Assembly (NCBI GenBank): GCA_013265495.1
Contig: MU058636.1
Coordinates: 2,901,967 to 2,965,966 of the forward strand
Source of the DNA: Vicugna vicugna
Lineage: Eukaryota
Reading direction: 5' to 3'
DNA length: 64,000 nucleotides
This document shows positions 25,281-38,180 of the stretch, in pieces; the first letter of the stretch is position 1, and every line of letters begins with the position of its first letter. A program made the translations under genes and the position numbers. Under the pieces are notes generated by a model. It was not told the DNA's origin, did not search any database, and saw nothing but the letters and a program-made list of their open reading frames with translations.

Positions 25281-28200
25281 GTGAAGCTAAGAATGGCCCA
25301 GTGTGGTGGTCTCGGTCCCACCAAAAAAAAAAAAAGCCTGTGAGCTGAAAGTGTTGAAGACTATAAGCCAGCATTTCATCAGCATGCTGACAGTTTTATT
25401 TTCAAATATCCACTAGCCTTGCCTGGGGGAGGCTTATACTTCCGTCCTACAGATAACCTGCGTGGCCATATGACTTGCTTTGGCTGTTGAAACGTGAGCA
25501 GTAGGGCCAAGAGCCAACTCGTGTTTTTTCTCTGTCCTCTTCCCCTTCTCTGTGACAGCCAGCACTGACCCAGCCCAGGCTGTAAGCGAGGTCATGTGCA
25601 GCAGAGCCGAGGCCAAACTTTGATGCCTGTAAAGCAGGAGTGAGAAATACATCTTGGGGGTTGAAAACGACTGGACTTATTTTGGATGCCACAGGACAAC
25701 GAGGTCTGTCTGTCTTATGCAGGATTTATTGAGCCCCCCGCATCTGCATGAGGACCGTGGACTCTGAGCGGAAACAGGAATCTGTAAATCAAGTTCTCTT
25801 CTCTGGCAGCCCCCAGTCCTCTTCTAAAGATGTGTACGCTCCCCAGCAGTGCCAGGGAAAAGGCCAAGGCCATACGTCATGTTTTATTTCAGAGAAGGAG
25901 CCGTGTGGCAGCTCAGGAATCACCCAGAGCCCTGTAAGCCTGTGAGGCACGGAGGGTGTAGCCTGATCACTCCCTGGACACAAGATACAACTTGGACCAG
26001 CTTTAGATGCAGGGGGAATAAACCAAAAGAGGGTACATCCACCCTCTCCCATCAAAAACCTTAGCACGTTAGAGCAGAGGAGGAATATCCCCATGCTCAT
26101 GAGTTCCCTTCCCAAGTACAGTTTTGACAGCATTTACCAAAGTGTGAGCTGTGAGCTACCGCTTACGGGGGACAATCCACCCACTCCCTTTGGAGCAGTG
26201 ACAAGCACAGTGCATCTTGGCTGCTTTCAGCGTGCCCTCTCTCAGCCGGAAAAGGACAGCCAGCTTCACCCCGATAGGATGACACTTGTCTGCTTTGCTG
26301 GCAGAGCTGTGCCTCATTGGCACAATTCAAGATGGAACCGAAACCAGCCCTGAGTTTAACCCACTCCATGGAAAGGGCTAAAATATGTCCCTTTTTATGT
26401 GTTCGTGGTCTTAGTTTTTTTTTTTTTTAAACCAGAAAAGTTTTAACAGAAGATTATGCAAGCAAAGGATTTTAGACAAGCTCTGGCAAAAGAAAACCAA
26501 GTCATTACAAGAATTAATCATTACTGGACCAAAAAAGGCCTGATGTTAGCTCGATTTGGAGTTTAAAGCAGCTATTAAATCAAGGGCATTGGATTCTTCT
26601 AGCTAATTTTCTCATTTTCTGGCTTATATCCAGTTAGCTTGAAATGCTAACACCATTGCTGAGAAATTCACGGCAAATCCAAACAATACAAATCAACAGG
26701 ACTTCACGGACTCTGGGATTTGTTGAAACAGTTGTTTCAAGCAAGTGTCAATCCTCAACTCTCAGTAAAAACATCCTAAGAATACGCTTCCCCTGTCTCT
26801 AAGACGCTACTAGATGTCAAGATGGGGCCAATGAGGTGTATGTTTTCTCTTGACTCTCCTACATGGAACGTTGAAAGCTCCCCCGAAGTGTACTGGTTAA
26901 TTAGCGTTTTCTTAATTAGCACCTTTCAATCTTCTTTGTAAGACAAAAAGCATTCTGGGTGAAGAATGGTACACTGGGGGCTAGGAATTTGGAATTCTAG
27001 GTCTGACTTCACTGACTAACAGGATCTCGGGCAAGTCATAGCTTCTCCGACCTCATTTTGTCTGTCTATAAAATGAGGTTAAAATAATTATGGCTCATCT
27101 ATTTTATCTGATTTGTTAGGACAAATTTAATGACCACATCAGCATGAAATCTGGATGAGGCTGAGACTGAGCAGTGGCTCAGACACACTGAATCAGGCTG
27201 GTGAAAGAGGAGGCTGATTGGATCCAGGACAGACACCCCACTCCCACCGCGGTCGAGGGCTTCAGGGCGTGCGTGCGGGGGGCAGGGAGAGAGGCTGACA
27301 GCGGAGGCAGTTTTAAAACATAACTTATTTGAAATTCGTGGTATATTTGATTAAAGTTAAATTAACTTTCAGTAAATTACATCATATATTATTATCCATA
27401 TGATATCATATACTATGATCTTGTATAGATGGATGGATAACATGATGTTTCAGTTCTTAACTGATTTTTTTTTGTCTCTTAATTTTCTGAGTTAGAGGAA
27501 CTCTCTGGATGGTGTGAAGGAGTGAGCTGAACCAGACGGACCTAATTCTGATATTTTAAGCAAAAGACCATTTCTAGTCCCCATCCTGGCTCTGCAGTGG
27601 ATGGATGGGGCAGACCCAGCGAGAACCGATCTGTAATTATGGAGACGTGAAAGGGGTCATTCTGGTCTGGGCATGCCCTCCTTTCACATTTAAACCTTTT
27701 CAAGTTGACATGTGGGGCACACGCTGCCAACTGGCAGAGCACTGGGTCCTTTTTTAGATAATGTACGTGTCATATTATAGGCACAGTTTTTGAACTGAGG
27801 GGAACTGGAAGCCTTATCACATGGCACTAACATGTAACATGAGCACTACTTAAATTACATTTCTTTCAGGAAAACAGCAAGTTCCTCAACTTTTAACTAA
27901 CCAAAAAAAAAAAAAAAAAAGAGCGGGGTGGGGAGTTTCGGAATGATTAGAAACAGAATCTTCACCATTTGGGAAAAAGTTCAATTTGTGATTCTTGTTT
28001 ATATCCAATCTTTGTGAGTGTTCTTTAGTTTTTTACATAAAACCAACTTGGGTTCCATGGAAGAAAAAAAACCAGCTTGGGCTCCATCAACCCTGCTGGA
28101 AAAAAAGAAGGTGAAACACACCTACAATACCAGCCAGCAATCTAGAGAGGACAGATTCTTTAATTATGTCATTAATTCCCAAGACACAGCCATCACATCT

Positions 28201-31200
28201 GAGTGTGCAGAACATAAAATGTGTTGGAGGAAACCCAGTTTCAAGTGCTAATAAAAAAGTGCACAAGAGACCTCATGCACCAGCAACCTCTCTTCCCTTT
28301 GATTCAGTGTTCAGAAAGTAACAGGGAAGTTCAGCTGCAGGGTCACCGGGCTGCCTCCCTGGGGACGGCTGCTGAGCCAGCGGCCCCCACGCACCCACCG
28401 AGTGGGTGGATGCCAGCCGACCCTGCATTACCAGGGGCCCAGGGGACGTGGCAGTCGTGGATAATGTGGGGCCCATCACCGCACGGCCGCCAGTGGCCAT
28501 GGCAAACGCGGCACGTTGCTGATTTTGTTTTAGGCGTCTTCTCAGTAGTACGTTGGCCAAAGGAAGAGAGCATAACCGCAGATAACACAAAACAGGGAAT
28601 AACCAGCCCAAGGCTTTCCTCACGTCCCTTCTCTCTGCTTCCTGAGAGCGTTTGCTGGAATTCCCACCGGGAAAACCTGGCACAATGTCCACCTCAGTGA
28701 CTGTGTTGGTCACAGAACGATGCTTCTTCGGAAATTACCGAGTAGAAGCGAAGAGGGAGGAGCTTGGGGGCACGTCTGAGTTACTGGCAATCTTTGACGC
28801 CTTAAGCTAGGTGATGCAGACGCTCGTGTCTTATTCTTTACTCTTTGTGTTGGCATATCTTAAGTATTGCAATAGTGTATTGTATCGAAGAAAAAACCCA
28901 ACTAGGAGGGCTCTGGGAACTGACTCAATCGTCTTAAGCTGTTTATGTCTGTGTACCCTTTTTCGCTCTGGCAAGAATTATTTCATACAATTAAAGTTTT
29001 CTCCCCTCATCAAACATTTCTTGGTATTTTAAAAATCATAAAGATGCACATAAAACAAAAAGCAAAGACAAAGCACAAGTCCTTCCCGGGCGCCCTGTTC
29101 TGGCTTCGCTCCCATCCCCAAGGATGCCCACTCTGTCTGTTTCAGGGCACATCCTCCCGGACACTTGCTATACCCACACGTACGTACTTTTACACATTGC
29201 ACTTTAAATATAGTGTCAGTTTTGACCTACACATCTTTCCTGGGTTTTGGTCACTTAAGCTTGGTCAGAAGAAAGAACAGGTGTCCTGGGTTAGAAGGGA
29301 TGGGAATGTCGGAGAGGAAAACGTGAATGACTAGAGGGGCGGCTGTGATCCTAGAGGGAAGGTGTCTGGAGGGACCCATGGCTTGTTAACCTTGCCCTAC
29401 ACTGTGTGCCTGGAGACTTGTCCACGGCTCTCGGGGTGAGGGAACAGACAGGCGGCAGCCCCCAGCTGGGGGCCTTGAGATCTTTTGGTCACTTGTGCCG
29501 GCAGCACCAGCACGTCCCTTGGCTCAGGAGCTGGCAGGTGAGAGGTGGAGCCTGGATGAGCCGGCACAAACAGGAGGAAGCTGAGAAAAGAAGCTGGTTT
29601 TAGGACCAAAGCTGACTCCAAAGAGGCTGTGTCTGCAGACAGGTGACACCAGAGATGAGGTAGCTTTCTGCAAGGGCCACGAGGCAGGTGACTCGCTGCT
29701 GGGGACGCGTGGATGACACAGGAAGGACAAGGCTGCGGTTGTATGGCCCAACTTAAAGAGGGGTCCTCCTCTTCCCATGAGCAGTAATGGGAGGTGCAAG
29801 CGTCAAATGCTGGGGGGCCTGCCATTCTGTGGCTGCTTTGGGGACAAAACCTCTTCCTCCTTGGACTTCTCGGGAACGGGGATCTTAAAGCAAGACTTGC
29901 GACCTGTGGCAGCAGAGCCGTACCACGTGCACACGGGAACTCAGAGCCGGGTGCCCATCCTCAGCCCGCGGCCGTCCGCTCTCTCTGGGTGCTTCCAGGG
30001 TCTTCTCTGTGCGTGTCTGTGTTTCCTTTCTCTTCCTTCTTTGTGTGTCTCAAACGGAATCCCTTCGTGTAGATTTCTCTCTCTCCCAACTTTTCTTAAC
30101 TGGCTGTGATCATCTGCATAGCATCAAGTCTGCCCTTTCAGGTGTGCAGTCTGCTGGCCTTGGGGATGGCTGGCTCCTTCAGCGGTTCCTCCGGGTGCCC
30201 CAGGCTGTTCTCTGGAGAGGCCGGTTTAGGAAGCAGCCTCCTTTCAGTCTGTCTCCCTCTGACCGAGTGAACTGGAGGAGAGCAGGTCTGCTTTTCCCCG
30301 GGGCTGCGTCTGTCTGAGCTGGCAGCTGCCTCCTGCCTGTGGTCCTGTGTGTGGCCGCCGGCTCCCCAGATGCTGACAGCACACTTCGCCCGGGCTCGCA
30401 TGTCCGAGGCAGGGAAGAGCTAACTCACGCAGACCTATCAATTTTTGCCACCTTCTCGTTCCTCTCACTCCCTCTTTTTCCCTAGAGGAACAGTTAGGAA
30501 ATAGCTAAGAATCCTTGAAGCCAACCTGAGCTTCTGAAAGTATTGCATTCCTAAAGTAGTGGAAAAGAAATCAAGAATCGGGCCTCAGAAGTATCACATA
30601 AGAAGCAAATTATGTTCCTGTTTGATGGCGAAGCAGCGCGGTGATCTGTACCTTCGGGGGTAGGACATGTGCTGAGAAAGAACATTCCTGGATGTTAGGA
30701 AAATAATAGGCTGGCTTGCACAAGTATCTTTCTCCTTGAGACTAATTAGACAGTTCTGGAAACTTAATCAAGGAAGGAATATCTGGTATTTGTCTGGTTC
30801 TCTGCACAAAATGAGAAGCCAACAGCCAGAAAGATCTCTGGGTGCACATATTTTTATGAGAATTCAATGAACAGAACCCCAAATTTACAAAACATTAAGA
30901 ATTAAGGCATAGTTATCAGCCTTCCCCTGAAATTTGGCATTTTTATATCCTGCTAAAATTTTGTTGTATTGGATGTGGCTGTAAATGGGTCAAAAGCTAC
31001 AAGAGATTTCCATGCTAAAAGTTCTTAGGTTAATGCCTCGGAACGCTGAGCAAGACAGACCATCAGGAACCAAAGACTGTCAGGGTTAGGTGACTACCCA
31101 AGATCATGTGGCAAGATGTATTCTAAACGGATGTCGTTGGAAACTTCCCCCATAAAAGCCGATGAAAATGATAGCTCCTGGAGTTCCAGTGAAGTTGAGA

Positions 31201-31309
31201 GGTGAAGAAAGATGCTAAATTAGCTTTACGGGTCTTAGACGGCTGCTTGTGTACTACCCTGGAACGGGGAAAAACCCCCAGACAGGAGAACTTCCCTCAT
31301 ACGGCCTCA

Positions 31310-31475
31310 CAAACTAGGGCAGTAGTGTGAATCCGCATCTCCCGGGAGCTTGTTAAAAATACACACGTCCAGGTCCCGTGCCTCAAGCTCAGCCAAGATC
31401 TTGAGTGGGATCTAAAAATCTAAATGAACTCCCTAGATCATTCTGAAGCACAGCAGTATTTAAGAACCTCAGTAA
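31310..31475. mobile_element. MER5A-like hAT-Charlie DNA transposon
   Basis: gggagcttgttaaaaat...ccctagatcattctga...tttaagaacc. Confidence 0.65.
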
Positions 31476-31641
31476 CTGTGAAAACATATTGAGTTTTGAA
31501 ATCAAGCAGGCCATTGAGATGCAGAGTCCCTCATTCTGCGACCTTGAGCAGGGAGCTGCTCTCTGAACCTGGACTTTCCTAACTTCTTGGGCTGCTGAGA
31601 GGATGGAGTTAATGGCCTGCGTTAAGCGTGCCCCTCGACAC

Positions 31642-31658
31642 TTGCCACCTAGTGGACA
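31642..31658 (-). promoter_or_regulatory. Candidate CTCF site
   Basis: Minus strand TGTCCACTAGGTGGCAA matches core CCASYAGRKGGCR. Confidence 0.6.
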
Positions 31659-31676
31659 ATGAATACATGTTACTTT

Positions 31677-32052
31677 CTGTATGAGCCTGCGAGCGCTGCA
31701 TAACAAAACAGCACTGAGGACGGGGTGGCCTCGCCAAAGGACCTTTGTTTCCTGACAGTCCTGGAGGCTGGAAGTCCAAGGTTAGGGGTCAGCAGGGTGG
31801 GTTCTCCTGAGGCCTCTCTGCTTGGCTTGCAGGTGGCCGTCTTCCTGCTCTGTCCTCACTCGACCTCTTCTCTGTGTGTGTCCCTGTATTTCTTTTTCTT
31901 ATGAAGACATCAGTCCTTATAAGAGGGCCCCAGCTTTGTAACTTCATTTAAACCTTAATCAGCTCTTAAAGGCCTCATCTCCAAATACAGTCACACTGGA
32001 GATGAGAGCTTCAACATGAGTCTTGGCGGAGACACAGTTCGGTCCACAACAC
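31677..32052 (-). mobile_element. MaLR LTR, MLT1B/C-like
   Basis: gctgcataacaaa...cctggaggctggaagtccaag...ctcatctccaaatacagtcaca...gcttcaacat. Confidence 0.85.
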
Positions 32053-35000
32053 TTCCCTTCACTCCATCCTTTTACCCACACTCCTCAGCTTCCCCCTGAT
32101 CATTACCAGTAGTTTATGTTTGAATCATCTTAAACTCAAAAGGATAACTTTACAATATATATTTGATGAAAGCACTGGCTGAAGGTGAGGCGCAGGATGG
32201 GGTGTGGGTATTTTGCCAAAGACACTGGCCCCTGAGAATCCAGTCCCAGAACCCTGGCCCAAGAACGCAACAGAGATGACTCTCAGCTCAAGGACCTCAT
32301 TACTCTCACTAGTTCAATTTCTCTCTTTTTTCTTTTTTTAGAAAAGTGACCTAGATGGAGAAGGCACAGGATCCCCCATGTCCAAAGTCTGAGTCCTCGC
32401 ATTTCCGAATTCTGGAGGGCTCTTTTTTTCCCTTCTTCTGAAGATAGATCACAGCAGAGAAAAAGAAAAGTCTTTTCAAATTTCCTAAGTGGGAAGCTTA
32501 ACTCCACGACATACTATTTCCCAACCGAGTGGTTATTTAGCAACTATATTTAGAGTCCATAATACTCAGCTTCAGACGTGTGGGGCTTTGTTCTGAGCAG
32601 GCCGCCTCTCCCTCCCTGTTGCTCAGACTTCTTTGCCCACAGAGCCCCGCAGAGGCCAGAGGCCTTGTAACAGGCCCTGTGACGTGGACTGTACTCACCC
32701 CGACGTTACATGGGAGCACCTGGCCACTCGGCTCCCTCCCCGTGTCCCTGGCAACGAACGTGCTGAAACGAGTCAGCCCACGATTCACTCAAGACCAGGC
32801 TAGAAACCTGCAGCCACTGCACGGTCCTCTTACTCATATTAAAATGAATTAAATTTTCTGGCCTAGGCTATGCATTTTGCCTGTTTTCTAGTTATGTTCC
32901 TTGGCTGTATGTTATTTTTTTTCCCATGAAACTGAAGCAGCCTTCTAAAAATGTATACATTTATTATTTATCTTCCTTTGCTTGATTTAAAATGTGCCAG
33001 TCCGATTACTCTGAATTGTAAATGACAAATTGAATGGGGAAGCCTGGGAATGGTCATGTATTTATAATAAAGTGAGGAGTATTTTCCTTTGATAACATGG
33101 GCGGAGATGAAGGGGAGCTTCTGATGTGTTACTGACAGGACCGTCCTGACCACCCCAGGGGGCTGAAGCAGTCCAGGGACCCTCCCCTGCACCTTTCTCA
33201 CCTCTGATTTGCCCCACACTTAGGAAAGAAGCTTTCAAGTTCGATTTTAAAATGTCAGAGCCCAGAGAGATCTTAGCATCTTCGAATTCAGTCGCCCCTC
33301 TTCTCCTCAACTTCTAACTAACCAGGCCAGCGCCCTCCACTGTGAGGCAAGGTGGGCTTGCCTGGGCCTGGGCTCGGCCACGTGACCAACTTTGGCCAAG
33401 TGGATGGTGACAGAGTTGATACAAGGAGACCCTTAAAAAGCCCTTGTGCAGTGGGACCGGCTCCCTTGTACTTATGCTGTTGCCGGGACAGGGAAAGGCA
33501 CACGGATGCCACCAGCTTAGTCTTAGCTAAGGCTCCTCTGCCAAGCCCAGCACAGGGCTCCCCAGCTGCTCTGGGTAGACAGGTCTTTCAACATTTCAAA
33601 AATATTATTTTGCTGTCCCTTGGGTTACCTGCAGTGTCTTACATCCCTCAAAGTGCTCCGAGGAAGCCACCTGAACTCGCCATGGGACTGGGCCGCCATG
33701 GGCGTTTGTTGTGCACACCTGGGCCACAGAGCCCTCTCCCCCGATGGCTTTCCCCGCCCCCCGTGGTACACAGATGCTGCCTGTTACTCGGTGAGAGTCA
33801 TTGTGAGCAAAGGGGAAAGTTCTTGGATCACCTGATCTAGCCTCAGTCTTAGGCAGGCCCTGTGCACCTGGGCCTCGGAGGGAGGCGGGGCTTTCTCAGT
33901 GGTCCTGCCGCTACCCTAAGGGCGGACAACTCTGCAGCATCTTCCTGGGTGGTCCTGGCAAGCAAGAGCTCCCTGCCCTTCCCTTCCCCCAGCGGCCGAA
34001 GACCTCTGCTCTGTATCAGTCCAAGGTCCTTGGCCTGCAGGGGTTCCTCTCCCTGCCCTGGGCAGTCCGCTCTCTCTTCCACTCCATCCTGGGGGCTGTG
34101 CCTGGGACTGGGCCTAGGGGGGCTTCCTGCCCCTCCTCCAGGAGCCGTCAGGTTTTGCCTCCTTCCCTCTCTCAAGCATCAACGTAGTTTCCCCCAGGAC
34201 TCAGCTTTCTGCCTCTCCCCTAACACCAGACAGCTCTTGTTACAACTCCTTCTGCAGAAGCCCTGGATCTTTGCCTCCAACCCTGGGGCAGGAGGGAAGG
34301 GAGAGGCCTGTGGGCAGGATTTTGTCTCCATGTGTCACTAAAGGGAGCGCCCTCGGGTCTCCTGCCCTGCCCAGTTTTCCTTGCAAACCTCGATGGAGGC
34401 CTGCGGGAAGGAGTTGGTGAGCAGGTTTAAACACCCTGCGTTCGGGGCTCCCAGGGAGCCTAAACTGTCATGGCAGTTGACCTGTGGCCTTGAAGAATCC
34501 ATGACGTTTGAGCCGTTCTCTGCCCCTAGCGTTAATGACGGCCACCTCCTCTTCCCAAGCTCCCACCGGGCGAGGCAGGTCACGCCCCGTTTTCCTCGAG
34601 GGCCTGTCACCCCCTGGGGTGTGGTTCCTCTGACTGCCTGGTAACCTCAGCTCTCAGATGGGCTGGAAGAGGGCTGTGATTCTACAGATCAGGACTTTCT
34701 CTCATTCTTAGGGCAGAAGCAACGTTCCTCTGTGTCTTCTTCTCTCCCGCGCAGGAGTGGGGTCCTCGTCCCTCAGCTGTTGGCTGCAGAGGTCTCTTTA
34801 TGGTTATTTGCTTAATATTATGTTGGTGATTTTTGGTTTCTTCTTTAACCCCAGAAATGTGCAGTGTCTGTAAGTGGATGCCCGTGTGTATGTGTTTTAC
34901 TTAGGGAATTAGGCAGAGGGGTTTTTTAATGGCATTAATTTCTCGTTTTCTAGAATAGTGATTAGACACTGTTACTTGTACCTGTTCTTTACATACTTCT

Positions 35001-35054
35001 TAAGGCCTTTTTGTGGTTAAATTTTGAAAATGTTCCATTTAGGTACCTTTTTAA

Positions 35055-35330
35055 TGTTAAGACTTTATTTTCTAGAGCAGTTTTAGGGTCACAGTGAAAT
35101 TGAGGGGCAGGCACAGAGGTTCCCGTATACCCCTGTCCCCACGCAGGCATAGCACGCAGGTGCTGCTGTGGTGGCGGTTGCTGAAGTGCACTTGACTTAC
35201 GATGGAAGTTTCAGGTGTACAGCAAGGTGATTCGGTTATACACTTACACATATACATATATATTTTTTCAGTTTCTTTTCCATTACGGTTACGGTTTCAT
35301 TACAAGAAACTGAATGAAGTTCCCATCCAC
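35055..35330 (-). mobile_element. Composite: L1MC-type 3' end (~35055-35150) plus short camelid-type L1 3' end (~35178-35330)
   Basis: ttttctagagcagttttagggtcacag...; tttcaggtgtacagcaaggtgattcggttata. Confidence 0.75.
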
Positions 35331-36039
35331 AGGTACTTTAAAATGTTTAAATTCCATTTTATGGTATACAGTTTGCATTAAATCAGTTTTTGAATAAACT
35401 GTTCAGATCGTCTATATTCAAAATTATTTTTTACCTGCCTAATCTTTAAAGGACTAAGTAGGAGTATATTAAAATTTCTCAATATTATTCTTTTTATAAA
35501 ATTTGATTCATATAATACTAAAAGTTTGGGGGTTCTGTATTTTGTTGTCAGTCATTCCGCACACAGTTGTTTATGACGGCAGTTTTCTTTATCTTTTGTC
35601 ATGCCCTTCGTCAAGAAAATGATCATTCACTTTGCCCTGTCAATAATTCCTCTTAGAAGTCTTCATTTGATATTAATAACTCAGCTGCTTCTTTGTTTTT
35701 GCTTGTATTCGCAAACCTATTTTGTTTGTTTTTTTAACCTTTCCTAATCACGTGGTCTAGTGGTGTACCGTTGGGGCAGTGTGTGGTTGAACTTTACTGT
35801 TTGCAGGTTATAACTTCTTGTGCTCTTGGGACTTTGGGACCCAGGTTATTGTCAAGTTCTGCCCCGAAGTGTTGTCTGTGCCCTTCCCAGGCTTCCTCAC
35901 CTGGCCCTCCAAGTGCACCCTCTCTGTCCATGACCACTGCAAATTGCCATCACCTCTACCTGCACGTGGCTCCATTGCTACCTGCTGATTCAAACCTCAT
36001 TCCCAGTCACTAAATTTATTTCATGAATGATGATGGGTG

Positions 36040-36520
36040 TAGCACTGGTTAGGTTCATTGGTAAGAAATAGAAAACCCAAATATCAGTGGCTTAAGAAGA
36101 ACTTCCTATTTAAAAGTCCTTGGTCTTTTAAGCATTTAATCCAGAGCTGGTGAGAGGACTTTGTTCTATAAAATCTCCAGAGACACACAGTCCTTCCAAA
36201 TCATCGTGCTACATCCCCAGGGTATGTCCCCCATCCTTGTAGACCAAGCTAGCCCACAGGCTACTTCTCAGGATGGAAGAAGGGACAAAGAAGAATCAGC
36301 AGAGGTAATGTTCCAGGAGTCTCTTAGAGAAGGTTTCTGGAATCTGCCAAACCCACAAGCACTTCTACTCACACAGCATTAGCCAGAATTTAGTCACAGG
36401 GCCACTGCCTACAAGGGAAGCTGGGACATGCTGTCATAATCTGGGTAACCATGTGCTCAGCTAAAATGTTGTTCCTATGGAAGAAGGGGAACATATGCTG
36501 GGGACTCTTTAGCAATTGGA
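36040..36520 (-). mobile_element. MaLR LTR (MLT1J/K-like)
   Basis: cagtggcttaag...cttctactcaca..cattagccagaatttagtcacagggcc...aagggaagctggga...tgtgctcagctaaaa. Confidence 0.7.
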
Positions 36521-36879
36521 GAACACTAACGGCCTGGAAAGGCACAGTGTTCTTACAGAAACAAGAGTGACGAGGCAGGTCGTAGTGCGAAGGAGGCAGT
36601 GCTGCAGGCCAGCTCCAAAGACAAGGAGGGGCCGAGCTGCGAAGAGTCCCACACAGCAATGCCAAGACTTTGGGTATTATCCTGTAGACTGTCTATCACT
36701 GAGGGTCCTGAGAGGAGACAGAGGCGCTCTTGAAAGGGGTGAAGTGAGTTTAATGAAGGGACTGTGTAAACCCACGACCCAGGGCTCACTGGAACCCAGT
36801 AGTTGTAGTTGTAGGAAATGGGTGTCAGATGAGCTGTGCCTTTGGTGGAGGAACATTGTCCCTGCAACATGTGGCCTGA

Positions 36880-37053
36880 AAGTGGAAGTGGCGACACACT
36901 TGTGGGGCCCAGTGCGAAACAACGAAGGACCTCTTGTTCAACAATCAAGAATTTCAAGATGGCAACAGCGGAGCATTGAACCAAGCGTGGGGCCTTTCTG
37001 AGCCCAGCGCCTTGTACTGTTGTGCAGGTTACACACCCATGAAGCTGGCCTTG
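36880..37053 (-). mobile_element. MER45A-like hAT-Tip100 DNA transposon
   Basis: gggcccagtgcgaaa...cttgttcaa..aagaatttcaagatggcaacagcggagcatt.aaccaagcgtggggcc...cccatgaagctggcc. Confidence 0.75.
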
Positions 37054-37054
37054 C

Positions 37055-37245
37055 CTGCAGAGAGGATGCTAGAGGAAAAGTGCCCTAAACTCTCTCTTCC
37101 AGCCCTCTGACTTTTTCCAGTGCCTCCCGTTGTCCACACTCAGGTGGAAGTCAAAGCACAGGAGTCTGGCTGAGGCAGTCCATGATGGTCAGCCCGGGCA
37201 GGGAGGCGGATAGTGGGTCTGGAGGAGCAAGCACAGACTATCTAA
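37055..37245. mobile_element. LTR33-like ERVL LTR fragment
   Basis: ccagtgcctccc.ttg...gaagtcaaag...gcagtccat..ggtcagcc...gtgggtctggagg. Confidence 0.6.
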
Positions 37246-37574
37246 CTTGGCCATGAGAGCTGTTAGAGACTTTTAAGTACAGTGACATGTCCAATCTATT
37301 TTTAGAAAGAACTTTTTGGCAGCAGTGTGGAGGATGGATTGCAGAGCCTGAAGGCAGAAAGAGCAATTAGGAGGCTCTTATGATAGTTCCACAGTTGCTT
37401 TCCTTTTTTAAAAAAACTCCAAAACCCACAGTAAGAAATATATTTTATATTTCTACTGCTAACCAAGGAACAGACACACACATATGTATGTATATGAAAT
37501 CTGAAGTCCATGAAACAATACTTAACCTTACTAGAAGCAAAGTGCTCTGATGTCATTTAGAAATGCTGGCTCCA

Positions 37575-37684
37575 CATTGTGGTAATCATTTCACAATATG
37601 GGTAAATCAAACCATCACACTATATACCTTAAACTTATACAGCGGTGTGAGTCAATTATTTTTCTATAAAACTAGGGTGGGGGG
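37575..37684 (+). mobile_element. ~110-bp L1MB-type 3' terminus with TSD, nested in an older hAT-like element (~37410-37760)
   Basis: ttgtggtaatcatttcacaat...accttaaacttatacag; AATGCTGG(C/G)TCCA on both flanks. Confidence 0.7.
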
Positions 37685-37766
37685 AATGCTGGGTCCAAAC
37701 CACTTAGTTGATTCTATGAGTTACCAACAAGTCACAACTTTTAGTTTAAAAATATTGGCCTAAGAG

Positions 37767-38180
37767 TGTGGTAGGCAGAAGAATGCCCCCAAAGATGTCC
37801 CAATCCTTTGCTTTTGATTAAGGACCTTGAGATGGGAGGTTATCCTGGACTGTATCACAAGGGTCTTTATAAGGAAAAAGGGAGAGAAAGAGATGTGACG
37901 GCGGAGGCAGAGGCAGAGGGGGCAGCTGGCCGTCACCAGCTTAGAAGAGGCAGGAAGAGGGCCGTGAGCCAAGGGATGGATTCCTCCAGAAGGTGGGAGA
38001 GGTGAGGAAACGTGTTCTTCCCTGGAGGCTTTGTAAGGAATGCAGTGCTGTTAACACCTTGACTGCAGCCAGTGAGATCCGGAGGACTTCTGACCACAGA
38101 ACTGTGAGATGGTAAATGCGTGTTGTTTGAAGCTGTAGCGTTTGTGGTGGTTCATTACAGAAACCCAAGAAACTAACACG
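37767..38180 (+). mobile_element. MaLR LTR, MLT1D-like
   Basis: tgtggtaggcagaa.aatg.ccccaaagatgtcc...gattaaggaccttgagatgggag.ttatcctgga...agaactgtgagat..taaat. Confidence 0.88.

Noticed and set aside
27345..27415. Short palindromes (AAAGTTAA-A-TTAACTTT, ATATGATATCATAT)
   Set aside because: Expected in very AT-rich low-complexity DNA; no miRNA-length stem
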